Shown: one piece after another, positions 49,214-61,815 of the stretch
How positions within the stretch are numbered: position 1 is the stretch's first letter
How the letters are laid out: the number at the start of each line of letters is the position of its first letter
Assembly: GCF_902713615.1 (NCBI RefSeq)
Contig: NC_052162.1
Span: 130,534,653-130,598,652, forward strand
From: Scyliorhinus canicula
Taxonomy: Eukaryota
Length of the DNA stretch: 64,000 nt
Direction: 5' to 3'
Notes under the pieces: model-generated
What the model saw: only the letters and a program-made list of their open reading frames with translations
Databases searched by the model: none
Told to the model about the DNA's origin: nothing
Made by a program: the position numbers and the translations under genes

Positions 49214-49529
49214 CCGTCAATCAGAAGAAGTATCCTGCAATCCTTCTTAACTACCTGATCTAGCTACCAGGGATCTGTGGACATACACTCCAATTTTCTT
49301 CTGTTCCTCTACACTTTGCACTGTCGTACGAGTAATATTCTTTTCCTTTGCTTACCCTCCCCAAATATATTTATTACCCCACACTATTCCAGATTCATCT
49401 CCATTTGTTAATTTTCGACCCACCTGATCAATCTACTGATATATTCCTGCAGTCTACAGCTTTCGTCCTCACTGTAAACCCCAACGTTGCAAATGTCTTA
49501 ATCATGTTCCCTATGTTAAAGGTTTATAT

Positions 49530-50378
49530 TGTTACAAAATGAGATATTAGGCAGTTTGGTCCAGAAATGGGATTGATGATGTAGCAGGCAAGTTAGGGGT
49601 TAAACAGACTTAGGGGAAATCAAACTGCTAGCACGGAGTCAAAGGGTTGAATTCATACGAGGGTTCAGTTACATTGTCCCAATTTGATTTAAACTCATTT
49701 GTGGGAATACACAGGTATTCAAGATCCATTGTCCAATGTGACACTCCTGTCTAACCAGCCATTAGCCCATTACAGAATTTGATGGCTTCTTTGTCTGTCA
49801 ATGGGAGGTTGGTTACATACCAATAGCATGGCTCTGTTCCTTTGTACATCAAACAGCCAAGATTACAGCGGTGGGTTTACGTCTGGAGAACCAGGGGAGA
49901 ACCTTTGTTTGAGGGGCTGGGCGGAGCTGAGAGAGAGAGAATCCTGTTTTGAACAGGTTACAGAGAGAAGGCTTTGGAAAGCGACGGAGAGAGGTCATAA
50001 AGTTTCCACCGACGCAGACTTTGGAAAAGGGTTCTGAAAGAACTTCCCCAATAGAAGAAACATTGCTTCACAAATACAAATATCACCCTTGCCTACTTGT
50101 GTAAGTGAAATGTTCATTTAAAGTGGTGTTTAATGGGAACTTGTGTGTTAAAGTTAACTACATATAATCTGATATTGTTAGTGTTGAAGTTTAAAAGTTT
50201 AAATACTGTTTTTATTTTGTATTAATACAAGTTTGTTTTATAAAATAACCAAGCTCTATTTCTTATGTTATCACTCCTGGAACTAATTGATCTTTCTGCA
50301 CCGTCTGAAAACTTGAAAAAGTTGCGGCTCTGGTCCAATATTTAGCGACTGATGAGAGCTGACCACGTGTCCATAACA
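49530..50378 (+). mobile_element. Solo LTR with 4-bp TSD
   Basis: TGTTA...TAACA termini flanked by ATAT (49526-49529, 50379-50382), inside a CR1 fragment. Confidence 0.8.
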
Positions 50379-51797
50379 ATATCTAAATTGTTGATATTTG
50401 CCACAAAATGCAATGGACCTGAGACTGAGCCAGCCCGAACCCCACTGGAAACAATCTTGCAGTCACAAAAACACCTCTTGACCATTGCCCTTTGCTTCCT
50501 GCTGCTACAGCTGATGACACTTCCTGTTCATGTGATTGTCCAGCATACGAGAAGCATCCTGGTGTTTCCACGTGGAACTGGATCAGCACTACATGGAATT
50601 AAGATGTCCTATCATGCCTTTATTTACAAGTTAACTGACTTAATCAAATTCAATTTCAGATTAAAATAAATAAAGACTCAACAGCGACCATTGCGCTGAA
50701 GTCACTTTACAATGAATCAACTGAAATGTTATACGTATTATCTACAGATGTCAGATTTTAATTTAACAAAATATTCAGGCTTCTTCAGGGATATTATCCC
50801 TTAGAATAGAATCTCGATGGTGCAGAATGAGGCCATTCAGCCCATTGTGTCTGCACCAACCCTACCCAGGTCTACTTCCCCCGCCCCCTCCCAGTAACCG
50901 CGGGGCTACTTTAAAAAATATAACCTGCACATCTTTGGACTCTGGGAGGAGACCGTGTGAGCACCCGGAGGAAATCCACGCAGACACGAGGAGAAATTGC
51001 AAACTCCACACAGTCACCCGAGGCTGGAATCGAACCCGGGTCCCTGGCACTGTGAGGCACAGTGCTAACCACTATGCCACCGTACCGCACCCCCCCGCCC
51101 CTTAGCATTATCTTCATTCTCTGGTTAGGAAAGTTGAGCAGGTTGTAATTGTGAGAAATTAGCAAACTGGCTACAGCTTTCAACCGATTGAGTGACATAG
51201 TTTTACTTTCTAATTGATTAATATGGTGACCAGACCAGAACTGTGCTCAGCAATCTTGTTGTTCTCTTAATTTGCGTTTTATCACTATAGACAGAAAATG
51301 CTGGATAAACTCAGCAGGTCTGACAACATCTTTGGAGAGAAACAGAGTTAACGTTTCGGATCTAAATGATCCGCTTCAGAAATGTTTTATAAAGCATTGT
51401 AAATAATTTGAGCATAATCTCCCATCTCTTATATTCTAAGGTTAGACCAGATATCTCCTTGACCACCTGATCTACCTTCAGGTATCTGTGGATATGCACT
51501 GCAAGGTCTCTCTGTTCCTCTATAATTCTCAGCATCATTGTTTATTGTCTATTGCCTTGTCTCTTTGCTTTCCCATCTCGTACTGCTCCAGATTGAATTC
51601 CATTTGCTATTATTGTGACCACCTGACCAGTCCTTTGGGATCATCCTGCAGTCCACGGTGTCCTTCCTTGTCAAACACACGCACAGTTGTTTTACCATCT
51701 GCAAACTTCTTGATCATGCTCCCACTTTTAAGTCTAAATTATTGATATATACTGGAAAACTGTGGAGCCCCACTGGAAACAGGCATCCATAAACCAT

Positions 51798-52946
51798 TCA
51801 GTCCTCGATGTGATTAACAGTAACAATAACAGAAGAATCCAACCCTTGCTGTCGCATGTGAACTTGCTGGTGTCTGAGCAGGTTGTTGGACTGAGCGAAT
51901 CCCTTCCCACAGGCAAAGCAGTTGAACGGCCTCTCCCCAGTGTGAACCCGCTGGTGTGCCAACAGCTTCTGTTTACTTTTAAATCTCTTCTCGCAGTCAG
52001 AACATTGAAAAGGTTTATGATCAGTGTGAACAAGTTGGTGTGTGGTCAGGTGGGATGACTGGGTAAATCTGTTGCCACACACGGAGCAAACGTACGGTCT
52101 CTCCCCAGTGTGAACTCGCTGGTGTATCAGAAGGTCAGATGAATCAATGAATTCCTGCCAACACACAGAGCAGGTGAACGGCCTCTCCCCAGTGTGAACC
52201 CGATGGTGTCTCAGAAGGTGGGCTAACCGAGTGAATCCCTTTCCACAGAGAGGGCAGGTGAACGGCCTCTCCCCTGTGTGAATGTGTTTGTGTTTCAGAA
52301 GATCCTTTTTGCTTTTAAATTTTTTCTCACACTGAGAACAATCAAAAGGCCTCTGATCCGTGTGAACAAATTGGTGTGCCAAAAGGTGAGATGAACAAGT
52401 GAACCCCTTCGAACACATGGAGCAGGTGAATGGCCTCTCCCCAGTGTGAGTACGTTCATGGTTCAGTAGATCCTTTTTACTTTTAAAGGTCTTCTCACAG
52501 TCAGAACATTTAAAAGGTCTCTGATCAGTGTGAACAAGTTGGTGTGTCAGGAGGTGGGAGGACTGAGTGAATCCCTTTCCACACACTTTGCATATGAATG
52601 GTCTCTCTCCAGTGTGAGTGCGTTGGTGTATCAGTAGATCTTTTCTGCTTTTGAAGCTCTTCTCACAGTCAGAACAATTAAATGGTCTCTGATCAGAGTG
52701 GACCTGATGATGAGTCCGGAGTGTTGATAAAGCATTAAATCCCATCCCACACTCAAGACAAGTAAACGGCCTCTCACCAGTATGAACATGCTGGTGTGTG
52801 TAGAGACTGGATGACTGAGTGAATCCCTTCCCACACACGGAGCAGGTGAACGGCCTCTCCCCAGTGTGAGTGCGTCGATGAGTTTCCAATTCAGATGGGT
52901 AACTGAATCCCTTCCCACAGTCCCCGCATTTCCATGGTTTTGCCAT
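51798..52946 (-). CDS. C2H2 zinc-finger protein ZNF-E, 13 fingers, 382 aa
   Basis: [10 protein letters not shown] start; 13 fingers with TGERP and TDQRP linkers; tail GLDSSVIVTVNHIED. Confidence 0.93.
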   Translation of the reverse strand: MAKPWKCGDCGKGFSYPSELETHRRTHTGERPFTCSVCGKGFTQSSSLYTHQHVHTGERPFTCLECGMGFNALSTLRTHHQVHSDQRPFNCSDCEKSFKSRKDLLIHQRTHTGERPFICKVCGKGFTQSSHLLTHQLVHTDQRPFKCSDCEKTFKSKKDLLNHERTHTGERPFTCSMCSKGFTCSSHLLAHQFVHTDQRPFDCSQCEKKFKSKKDLLKHKHIHTGERPFTCPLCGKGFTRLAHLLRHHRVHTGERPFTCSVCWQEFIDSSDLLIHQRVHTGERPYVCSVCGNRFTQSSHLTTHQLVHTDHKPFQCSDCEKRFKSKQKLLAHQRVHTGERPFNCFACGKGFAQSNNLLRHQQVHMRQQGLDSSVIVTVNHIED

Positions 52947-53444
52947 GATGCTGGTATCCTTGTGTCCCTCCAGATTGGATGATCAATTGAAGCCTCGTCC
53001 ACACACAGAACACAAGTATGATGTATCCCTGATGGAAATGGAGCAATATCTTTTCAGGCTGTCTGACTGGTTGAGCCTTGTTCCAGTTAACCGACTGTGA
53101 AAAGTCAGGATGTCTGTGTTTCAATTCTTTCCCAGTCTCACTGATGTTTGAAATCTTTTCTCACAGATGGAACAGACGAACATTTCTCCTTCCACTTTCA
53201 AAGACCAATGATATTCAGGTCCTGATGAATCATGTGACTCAATCAGATCTTGGTGTGATGTCTCATTTCAGTCTGTAAATCCCGTCTTGTTTCCTGCAAA
53301 AGTTTAGAAAAATCATCAGTAAGTCCAAAGTAGAAACTCTGAACAGACAATTCTAGTTTCTCTGGAACATTTCTTCCTGTGGTTCCCCCAAAGCTGTAAA
53401 TCCCCTTCCCCCACACTCCCTCCTCCCTGGGCTGAAATCCAAAC

Positions 53445-53789
53445 TAGAATTTACAGTGCAGAAGGAGGACATTCGGCCCATCAAGTCTACACCTGCTCTT
53501 GGAAAGAGCACCCTACCCAAGGTCCACACCTCCACCCTATCCGCACAACCCAGTAACACCACCCAATACTAAGGGCAATTTTGGACACTAAGGGCAATTT
53601 ATCATGGCCAATCCACCTAACCTGCACATCATTGGACTGTGGGAGGAAACCGGAGCACACTGAGGAAACCCACGCAGACACGGGGAGAACGTGCAGACCC
53701 CGCACAGACAGTGACCCAAGCCGGGAATCGAACCTGGGACCCTAGAGCTGTGAAGCAATTGTGCGAATCACAATGCTACCGTGCTGCCC
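53445..53789 (-). mobile_element. HE1/V-SINE-type SINE in the ZNF-E intron
   Basis: Same subfamily as 5871 and 45039 (duplicated ATTGCCCTTAG). Confidence 0.85.
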
Positions 53790-54199
53790 TCCACTCCCAG
53801 TTTTCTCCCTCCCTCTCATCTGCCTGGGTTCAGTTCTCCAGCTCCTGTCTGCAGACTGACAATAAAATTAATGGGTCTTATTGGGGGTTTGGGCTTTGAC
53901 AAGGAAACCTCCCAGGGTTTCCTTTTTTGCCAGAAATCAGAGTCCTCATTGATTTGGGTGCAAAGTGTCAGCTCTTATTTATTATCCCCCCTCCCCCATC
54001 CTGTGATGTGAACCACCCTCCAGTGTGTGAAGCAGGATGGTGCCCGTTAACCTGGGCCTGTTCCTGGAAGGGAGGGAGAAGCTAGCAGCTGCAAACCAGG
54101 GAGCTGACAATGATGGTGAAGGGTTTGCGGACCCACAAAATGTTTCCAAATCCTCCCACCCACCGCCTGACGCTGACTCCGCTTCTCCGGGACAAACAA

Positions 54200-54950
54200 G
54201 GGCCCAGGTCACCAATGACATTGCGCATGCGCCACACGCTTTGACACCACGCACGCGCACGGAAATCCATGTCCAGCTGCTGCACTGCGCATGCTCCGCA
54301 TCACAGCGCCCGGGGAGTGACTGACGGAAGCTCCCGGCCAATAGGAAGGGGAGGCGGGACTGGAGGACCGAGCGGGAGCGTCTGCTCCTCCAACCAATCG
54401 GGCGGGGGTTGAGCTCGATCTCCCTCATTGGCTAAACGCAGTAAGACGTCTTGCACCAGGAAACCCAAGGAACAACTGGGCAGACAGGGAATATCACCAT
54501 TAGAACAAACAGTGTCCCTAGTTCCAACAACGAATAAGTGATGATAAATTAATGGCGACTCCCAATGGCGGGGATTTCACCCAGGGTTCCCCGCGGCGCA
54601 GAATGTCCCCATCCGCCAAACAGGGCATCTCTGCACATGCGCGGTTCAGCGGTGCGCTTCGGGCATGCGCGGTGTGAGTGCTCGTTTGTTTGTCGCTAAG
54701 GGACCGGGAAGAGGAGCCGGAGGAAGGGAACCGGCGGCTGGGCGGAGGCGGTTCAGCAAACACCGGTATCGGCCGCAAACACCGGAAAACATTTGAAACT
54801 CCCGCATTTGCAGCTCCGGAACCTTTTCCCGGCAACAGGCCCAGGTTAACGGCCGCCATCTTCTTCCAGCGGAGAGAAGAGCGCTTCGGCGGCCATGTTG
54901 GTGAGAGTGGGCGGGGCTTCAGGGTCCCAGTGACCAGGAGAGAAAAAAAA
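54200..54950. promoter_or_regulatory. CpG-rich putative bidirectional promoter P3
   Basis: NRF1 TGCGCATGCGC (54222) plus variants (~54286, 54633, 54662), CCAAT boxes, GC boxes, YY1 GCCGCCATCTT (54852). Lies between ZNF-E and ZNF-F. Confidence 0.78.
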
Positions 54951-55990
54951 TGATTGCCTCAGTTGTCACTCTGCACACGGGTGCGAGAGTACTGAATCAA
55001 GCCAGAGTCGAGGGTGAGGAAAAAAACTGGGAGTGGAGGAAATAGGTGGGGGAGATTGTGCCGTGGGGTTGGATTTCCTCACGGATATGTGGATGGATTT
55101 CATCAAAAAGATGTGGATGAGGGCAGCACAGTGGCGGAGGTGGTAGCACTGCTGCCTCAGAAATCCCAGCCCTGGGTCACTATGTGTGGCCCAAAGATGT
55201 GCAGGGTAGGTGGATTGGCCACGCTGAATTGCCCCTTCATTTAAAAAAAAAATGAATTGGGTACTTTAAAGTTTAGGAAAAAACAGATGTGGGTGGTGAA
55301 TGTGTGGTGCGAGCCTTGACAGCTACAGGGGATTTTTCCAATTAAGAGGAAATTTAGCGTTACTAATCCACCTACCCTGCATATCTTTGGGTCAAGGGGG
55401 TGAGACCCACGCAAACATGGAGACAATGTGCAAACTCCATACAGAAAGTGACCCGGAGCAAGGATCGAACCCGGTTCCTCGGTGCCGTGAGTCAGCAGTG
55501 CTAACCAGTGCGCCAACGTGCCGTTCCCGAGAGGAAGACATTTCCATAGAAACTAGAATTGTCCAATCTGAATGTCTATCCTGCACTTTTAATGCTAACT
55601 TTTGTAAATTCCCTTCACAGGGTCTAAGAAGAGAAGGTTTGCTCAAACCAAAATCAAGTCAAGATCTGGCAGCGTTGCTCAATTTTTCAGCGCCCGATTA
55701 TCATCAGCCTTTGAATGGAGGAGGAAAAATGTTTGCCTGCTCCATTTCCAAGGAAGGATTTCTAACTTCAGTGTGACTGCAACTTTGTATGATTTTATTC
55801 TATTATAAAAGCACTGCCACACACATTGGAGTGCCAGTGTTCCAGTACACTGACTGTGGAAAAAGCTTTAATCAGTTACACATCCTGGAAAAAGTGCACC
55901 ATTCACAGTGAAGAAAAACTGTACATTTGTTTTGTGTGGAGACGAGGGTTTAACTGATCTAAGTTGGCGAGACACAAGGACACCAGCACA

Positions 55991-56983
55991 ATGGAGAAAC
56001 CATGGAAATGTGGGGACTGTGGTAAAGGATTCAGTTATCCATCCCAGCTGGAAATACATCAGCGCAGTCACATTCGGGCCAGCACTGTGGAAAAACCTTG
56101 GAAATGTGAGGACTGTGGTAAAGGATTCTATTACCCATCCCTGTTGGAAATCCACCGACGCAGTCACACTGGAGAGAAGCCATTCACCTGCTCTGTGTGT
56201 GGGAAGGGATTTACTCAGTCAACCTGCCTCATGTCACACCAGAAAATTCACACTGAGGAGAGGCCGTTCAGGTGCATTTCCTGTGGAAAGCGGTTCAGGC
56301 AGTCATCCCATCTGACTGCACACCAGCAAACCCACTCTGAAGACAAGCCATTCAGCTGCACTTCCTGTGGAAAGGGATTCCGGCAGTCATCCAGCCTCAT
56401 TGAGCACCAGCGAGTCCACACTGGAGAGAGGCCATTCACCTGCTCTGTGTGTGGGAAAGGATTTGCTTGGTCATCCGGCCTTAGGTCACACCAGCAAGCT
56501 CACATTGAGGAGAAGCCATTCAGCTGCACTTCCTGTGGAAAGAGATTCACGCGTTCATCCAGCCTCATTGAGCACCAGCGAGTTCACTCTGGGGAGAGGC
56601 CATTCACCTGCTCTGTGTGCGGGAAGGGATTCACTGGGTCATCCAGCTTCCAGAAGCACCAGCGAATTCACACAGAGGAGAAGCCATTCAGCTGCACTTT
56701 TTGTGGCAAGGGGTTCAGGCAGACTTCTGACCTCAATGTACACCAGCGAGTTCACACTGGAGAGAGACCATTCACCTGCTCCGTGTGCGGGAAGAGATTC
56801 ACAAAGTCTTTCACACTGCTGACACACCAACGCACCCACACTGGAGAGAGACCGTTCACCTGTTCTGGATGTGGGAAGGGATTCACTCAGTCATCTAACC
56901 TCATGGCCCATCAGCGGGTGCATAAGTGTCTGCAGCGGTTAGATTCTGTTGTTATTGCTGCTGGTAATCACACCCAGGATTGA
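55991..56983 (+). CDS. C2H2 zinc-finger protein ZNF-F, 11 fingers
   Basis: ATG 55991 gives [10 protein letters not shown]; first finger duplicated; tail RLDSVVIAAGNHTQD; acceptor CTTCACAG at 55620. Confidence 0.93.
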   Translation: MEKPWKCGDCGKGFSYPSQLEIHQRSHIRASTVEKPWKCEDCGKGFYYPSLLEIHRRSHTGEKPFTCSVCGKGFTQSTCLMSHQKIHTEERPFRCISCGKRFRQSSHLTAHQQTHSEDKPFSCTSCGKGFRQSSSLIEHQRVHTGERPFTCSVCGKGFAWSSGLRSHQQAHIEEKPFSCTSCGKRFTRSSSLIEHQRVHSGERPFTCSVCGKGFTGSSSFQKHQRIHTEEKPFSCTFCGKGFRQTSDLNVHQRVHTGERPFTCSVCGKRFTKSFTLLTHQRTHTGERPFTCSGCGKGFTQSSNLMAHQRVHKCLQRLDSVVIAAGNHTQD

Positions 56984-57639
56984 TCGAAACTACTTGGTTT
57001 GTTTCTGCTGATGTTTAACTCCAGCCAGTGAAAGTGTTGACTATCTAGTTCATTGTTCATATGTTGATTATAGCTTATATTTCAGGAAATTAAAGTTATG
57101 AATTGAAAATGCAAGAAAACCTAATTTAAAACATGTACTGATGTAAATGTAATTCAAAGAAGTTTGGAGTTTGTTTCATTTGAATGATTGGGCTAAGTTG
57201 ACTTCAGAATTTAACAGCTTGTAAGATAGGTAAACTGCAGTCATTTCCTCTGCAGTTATTACAGGAAAAAGATACGTTATTGGCAGGGTTTCCCAGAATT
57301 AAGGAAGTAAATTAGTTAATTTGCATTTCTACCTGAAACAGGCCATTGGTTTCACGCCACCTTGGAGATGTTGGAGCTTAGGGAGAATCTTCGGTTTCAA
57401 TTTAACTGGGTGTTAGCTGATGGTTTTAGTGGTTGTAGCTTGGACTTGCGGTGTGCAGTTTGCAGCTCGGTGAGAGAAGGTAGCCAAGTAAATGACATTA
57501 TTAGACCTGCACTGTAAGCAGAGGAAATGCTAACTTCATAATTCACAGCTTGGAATGCAAGTACGAGCAAATCTTCATGTCAGTTTTGAATTCATGAGGG
57601 AAATGAACGTGAAAGATTTCCTAGATTGCAGCTAGTGGA

Positions 57640-57835
57640 AGAATCTAAATGGTAGAACTCTTGTGAATACTGACAGGCAGAGAGATCTGGGCGTGCATGT
57701 CCACTGATCACTGAAAGTGGCAACGCATATGGATCAGGTGGTCAAGAAGGCATATGGCATGCTGGTCTTCATCGGTCGGGGCATTGAATATTGAAATTGG
57801 CAAGACATGTTGCAGCTGTACAGGACCTTCAGCCT

Positions 57836-57867
<32 letters not shown>

Positions 57868-58670
57868 ACACCACCAGAAGCACGTGGATGCTTTGGAGAG
57901 GGTACAGAAGCGGTTTACTGGGATGTTGCCTGGTATGGAGGGCATTAGCAATGAGAAGAGGTTAGATAAACTCGATCTATTCTCACTGGAACGATGGAGG
58001 TTGAGAGGCGACCTGATAGAGGTTTACAAGATTGAGTGGCATGGACAGAGTGGATAGTCAGATGCTCTTTCCTAGTATTGGAGAGTCAAGTACTGGAGGA
58101 CGTAGGTTTAAAGTGCGCGGGGAAAAGTTCAGAACAGATATAGAACATAGAACGATACAGCGCAGTACAGGCCCTTCGGCCCTCGATGTTGCACCGACAT
58201 AGAAAAAATCTGAAGGCCATCTAACCTACACTATGCCCTTATCATCCATATGCTTATCCAATAAATTTTTTAATGCCCTCAATGTTGGCGAGTTCACTAC
58301 TGTTGCAGGTAGGGCATTCCACGGCCTCACCACTCTCTGCGTAAAAGAGGCAAGTGTTTTACACAGAGGGTAGTAAATATCTGGAACGCGCTGCCTGAGG
58401 AGGTGGAGGGAGCAGGTACAAAGAACAATGCAGCACGGGAACAGTCCCTTCGGCCCTCCAAGCCTGCGCCGATCACGTGTCCTATCTAGACTAACCGCCT
58501 GTATCCTCTATAGCCCGTCTAGGTACGATAGCGGCATTTAAGGGACATCTAAACAAATATATGAATAGGGTGGGAATGGAAGGATACAGACTCCGTAAGT
58601 GCAGATGGTTTTAGTTTCGGCAGGTTTGGAGGGCCGAAGGGCCTGTTCCTGTGCTGTATTGTTCTTTGCT
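57640..58670 (+). mobile_element. CR1 3' fragment with nested antisense CR1 tails
   Basis: PHLEYCVQFWSPHHQKHVDALERVQKRFTGMLPG; tail GGGCCGAAGGGCCTGTTCCTGTGCTG. Confidence 0.8.
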
Positions 58671-58799
58671 CCTCACAGAGCCTTGTGGCAAATAAATTAA
58701 TCAATAGAATTAGCTGGGAAGCATCGAGAACGCAACCAGAACAAAGGATTGAGGCAACCACAGTCAAGAGATATTAAATAAAACATCTTGCTCCAGTGA

Positions 58800-60110
58800 A
58801 TAGAATCAATAGAGACCCTATAGTGCTGAAGTGAGTCATTCGGCCCATCTGGTCTGCACTGACCCTCCGAAAGAGCACTCTACCTCTGCCCTATCCATGT
58901 AATCCACCCCCCCCCCCCATTGATCATGGCTAATCCACCTAACCTTCACACTTTTGGACTGGGAGGAAACCGGAGCACCTGGAGGAAACGCACGCAGAAA
59001 CAGGGAGAAGGTACAAACTCCACACAGACCGTCACCCAAGGCCGGAATCAAACCCAGGTCCCTGGTGCTGTGAGGCAGCAGTGCTAGCCACTGGTGTCAC
59101 CATGCTGCTGGAACTGAGCAGAATTAAAGTAAATTCTAGATGACTATGGCAAACTTATTGGTAGCTCCTGAAGGCTTACATAACTTGAAGATTAATTTGT
59201 CTTATAAGGATAATTCTCGGGGGAAGCAAGGACTAAAGCTGAGTGCATAACATATATAGTTATAATCTGTAGTGTTAAGTTAATACTGCTTGTTTTGTGT
59301 ACTTCTTTTAAATACAATAAAGTTTGTATTTTTTGTTGGAAAATGCAATCTTGTGGCATAGTTCTGTTGATTTAGAGTCATAGAGTTTAATTACTGGAAT
59401 TAGGAGCAATTCAGCCCCTCAAACCCCTCTGCCACTCAGTCAGATCATGGCTGATCTCTCCCCGGTATCAAATCCACCTCCCTACCCCTTTAACCCATTT
59501 TTAAAATCAGAAATCTTTGAATGTTTACACCCTATCAATGGGATTTTAATATTGTGGGTGTATTGTTTATTTTCATGCTGCAGTGAACTATTTTAGAAGT
59601 TCTAGAAGAGAATTGTCGGAAACAGGATTTACCCCCTCAGCATTCATAGATCTCACTAATACATCTGATTCTGTCAAAGGGCAGAAGTTTACAAGATTCT
59701 GGGGAAATCCGACTGTCCACCAATGCCCCTCATCTGAGATCCTGCTCGGTCCTCCAGTCCCACTCCCTCGCCTTCCTATTTGTCCGGAACTGCCATCAAT
59801 CACTCATAGAATCCCTACAGTGCAGAAGGAAACCATTCAGCCCATTGAGTCTGGACCAACCTTCCAAACGAGCACCCTACCTAGGCCTAATCCCCTGCCC
59901 GATCCCCGAAGCCCATCTAACCTTTGGACACTAAGGGACAGTTTAGCATGGCCAATCCACCTAACCTGCACATCTTTGGACTGTGGGAGGAAACCGGAGC
60001 ACCCGGAAGAAACCCTCGCAGACACGGGGAGAACGTGCAGACTCCGCACAGTCACCCAATGCCAAGATTGAAGCCGAGTCCCTGGCACAGTGAGGCAGTA
60101 GTGCTAACCA
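58800..60110 (-). mobile_element. Two V-SINEs (58800-59108, 59806-60110)
   Basis: V-SINE core in reverse complement. Confidence 0.8.
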
Positions 60111-60701
60111 TTCCCCGGGAATTGTGAGATGTCAGTGTCCTGGGGGAGGGGCAGGTTTATAAATCGATTGCAGCCACAGAGCCGAATGGGAAACACACCA
60201 AGCTCATTGGTCCCAGAGCTTTCCTGCACCAACTGATGTTATTGATGAAGACCCTCCCTTCTCAACCTTCTCCCTTGCCTGAGGTGTGGTGGTCCTCTGG
60301 TTAAATCACCACCAGTCAGCACCTCCTCATAAAGAGGAAAGCAGCCCATGGTCATCTGGGAGTATGGCGACTTTACGTATTGTATGTTGGCGAGAAATAA
60401 GAGGCCAAATCTCTTTTTTTGGGGGGGGACACCAGATGTAACTGTGGGGGTGGGAAGGGAAGACATTACATGTGATTCTCAAGAGTCTGATGAGTTGGCA
60501 AAGAATGGAACCAGGAGAGAGCAGCCCCATCCAGCTGGAGAGGTGTTGGAGCAGAATGATGTGGTCGAGCTTGTCAAAGGCTACAAACAGGTCGAGGATG
60601 AGAAGCGAGATGATCGTCATTATTTTTGGTGCTAGTTGAATGCATGTAGTTGGGAGGTGAAAATTATTTTTAAAGTGTCTTGACTGCGGGAACCCAGTCA
60701 T

Positions 60702-61330
60702 TGTTTCACATAATGAATTAACCATTGTATTCCAGTGTATTCAGCACTAGGAATGTATCAACTAATCAATTACAGCAAGACTCTGGGCCGAGCTGTGTAA
60801 CAGTGTAACATGGAAAACGTGAGAAACGTATCCAGTAATTTTCCTAACTCTGTGCATGCAGACGCTGAGCTAGTTTTGATAGGCACTAGTCAATATTAAG
60901 TAATGTCCAATGTTTGATTAATAAATCATCCTCTAAGTAGCAAACATTAATTTGAACAAACCAGGAGGTTTCAGCTGAGAATTAGAACCCAATGAGAGTA
61001 AATGAGGGGTTAAACCAGGGCTAAGAATTACCTTAAAAGTAGGACCTCGTGGTCGAGGTTTTTGTTACTGAATTCTTGAATCATCTATCTTTGTTTGTGT
61101 TAAAGTGATTTCTTTATGTTTTATGATTTTTGCCATGTTTTTGACCCTTTTATATATTGTTTGATTTTGTTCCCCTAAGTTTTGATTCAGTTTTTATCCA
61201 CGTGTATTTAAGTGAATAATCAGTAATAAAATCATATTTTTGACACCTCCAATCAACTGGATGATCGACTCTTATTAGAAGGTAAAGTACGAGTCCCAAC
61301 TTTGAGAAGAGCTGTTCCAATGTTGTGACA
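60702..61330 (+). mobile_element. Solo-LTR-like repeat
   Basis: TGTTTCA start, CCAAT/TATA-like/AATAAA order, ends GTGACA; homologous to 38024-38870. Confidence 0.6.
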
Positions 61331-61815
61331 GGAAGAATTGGAGCAATTCAAACATGAAATGAAATGAAATGAAAATCGCTTGTTACGAGTAGGCTTCAAT
61401 GAAGTTACTGTGAAAAGCCCCTACTCGCCACATTCCGGCGCCTGTCCGGGGAGGCTGGTTCGGACATGGAGTTCCAGGTAAAATTGGCAGGGATTTGGAA
61501 CATGACAACACGTTCAAGGAGTTTGGCGAGGAAAGGGAGGCTGGAAATGAGGCAGTAATGTGTAAGGATGGTGTGGTCAAGGGCTTGTTTTTTTGAGGTG
61601 GAGGTGATGGTGGCCGATATGAAGGATAGAGAGACAGTACTTCAGAGAGAGTGAGAGAGATGTGAACAATGTCAGTGAACATGGAGATGTTGGGTGATCA
61701 GCAGGTAGTGGGTGTCGAAAGACCCAGAGTAATGATCCATGTTCAAATCCCACCACGGCTGTTGGTGGAATTTGTATTGGAAAAAAAATCTGGAATTAAA
61801 AGTCCAATGATGACC

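Noticed and set aside
38024-61330. Two same-orientation LTRs as one 23-kb provirus
   Set aside because: The copies are visibly diverged, and the interval holds ZNF genes with no gag/pol.
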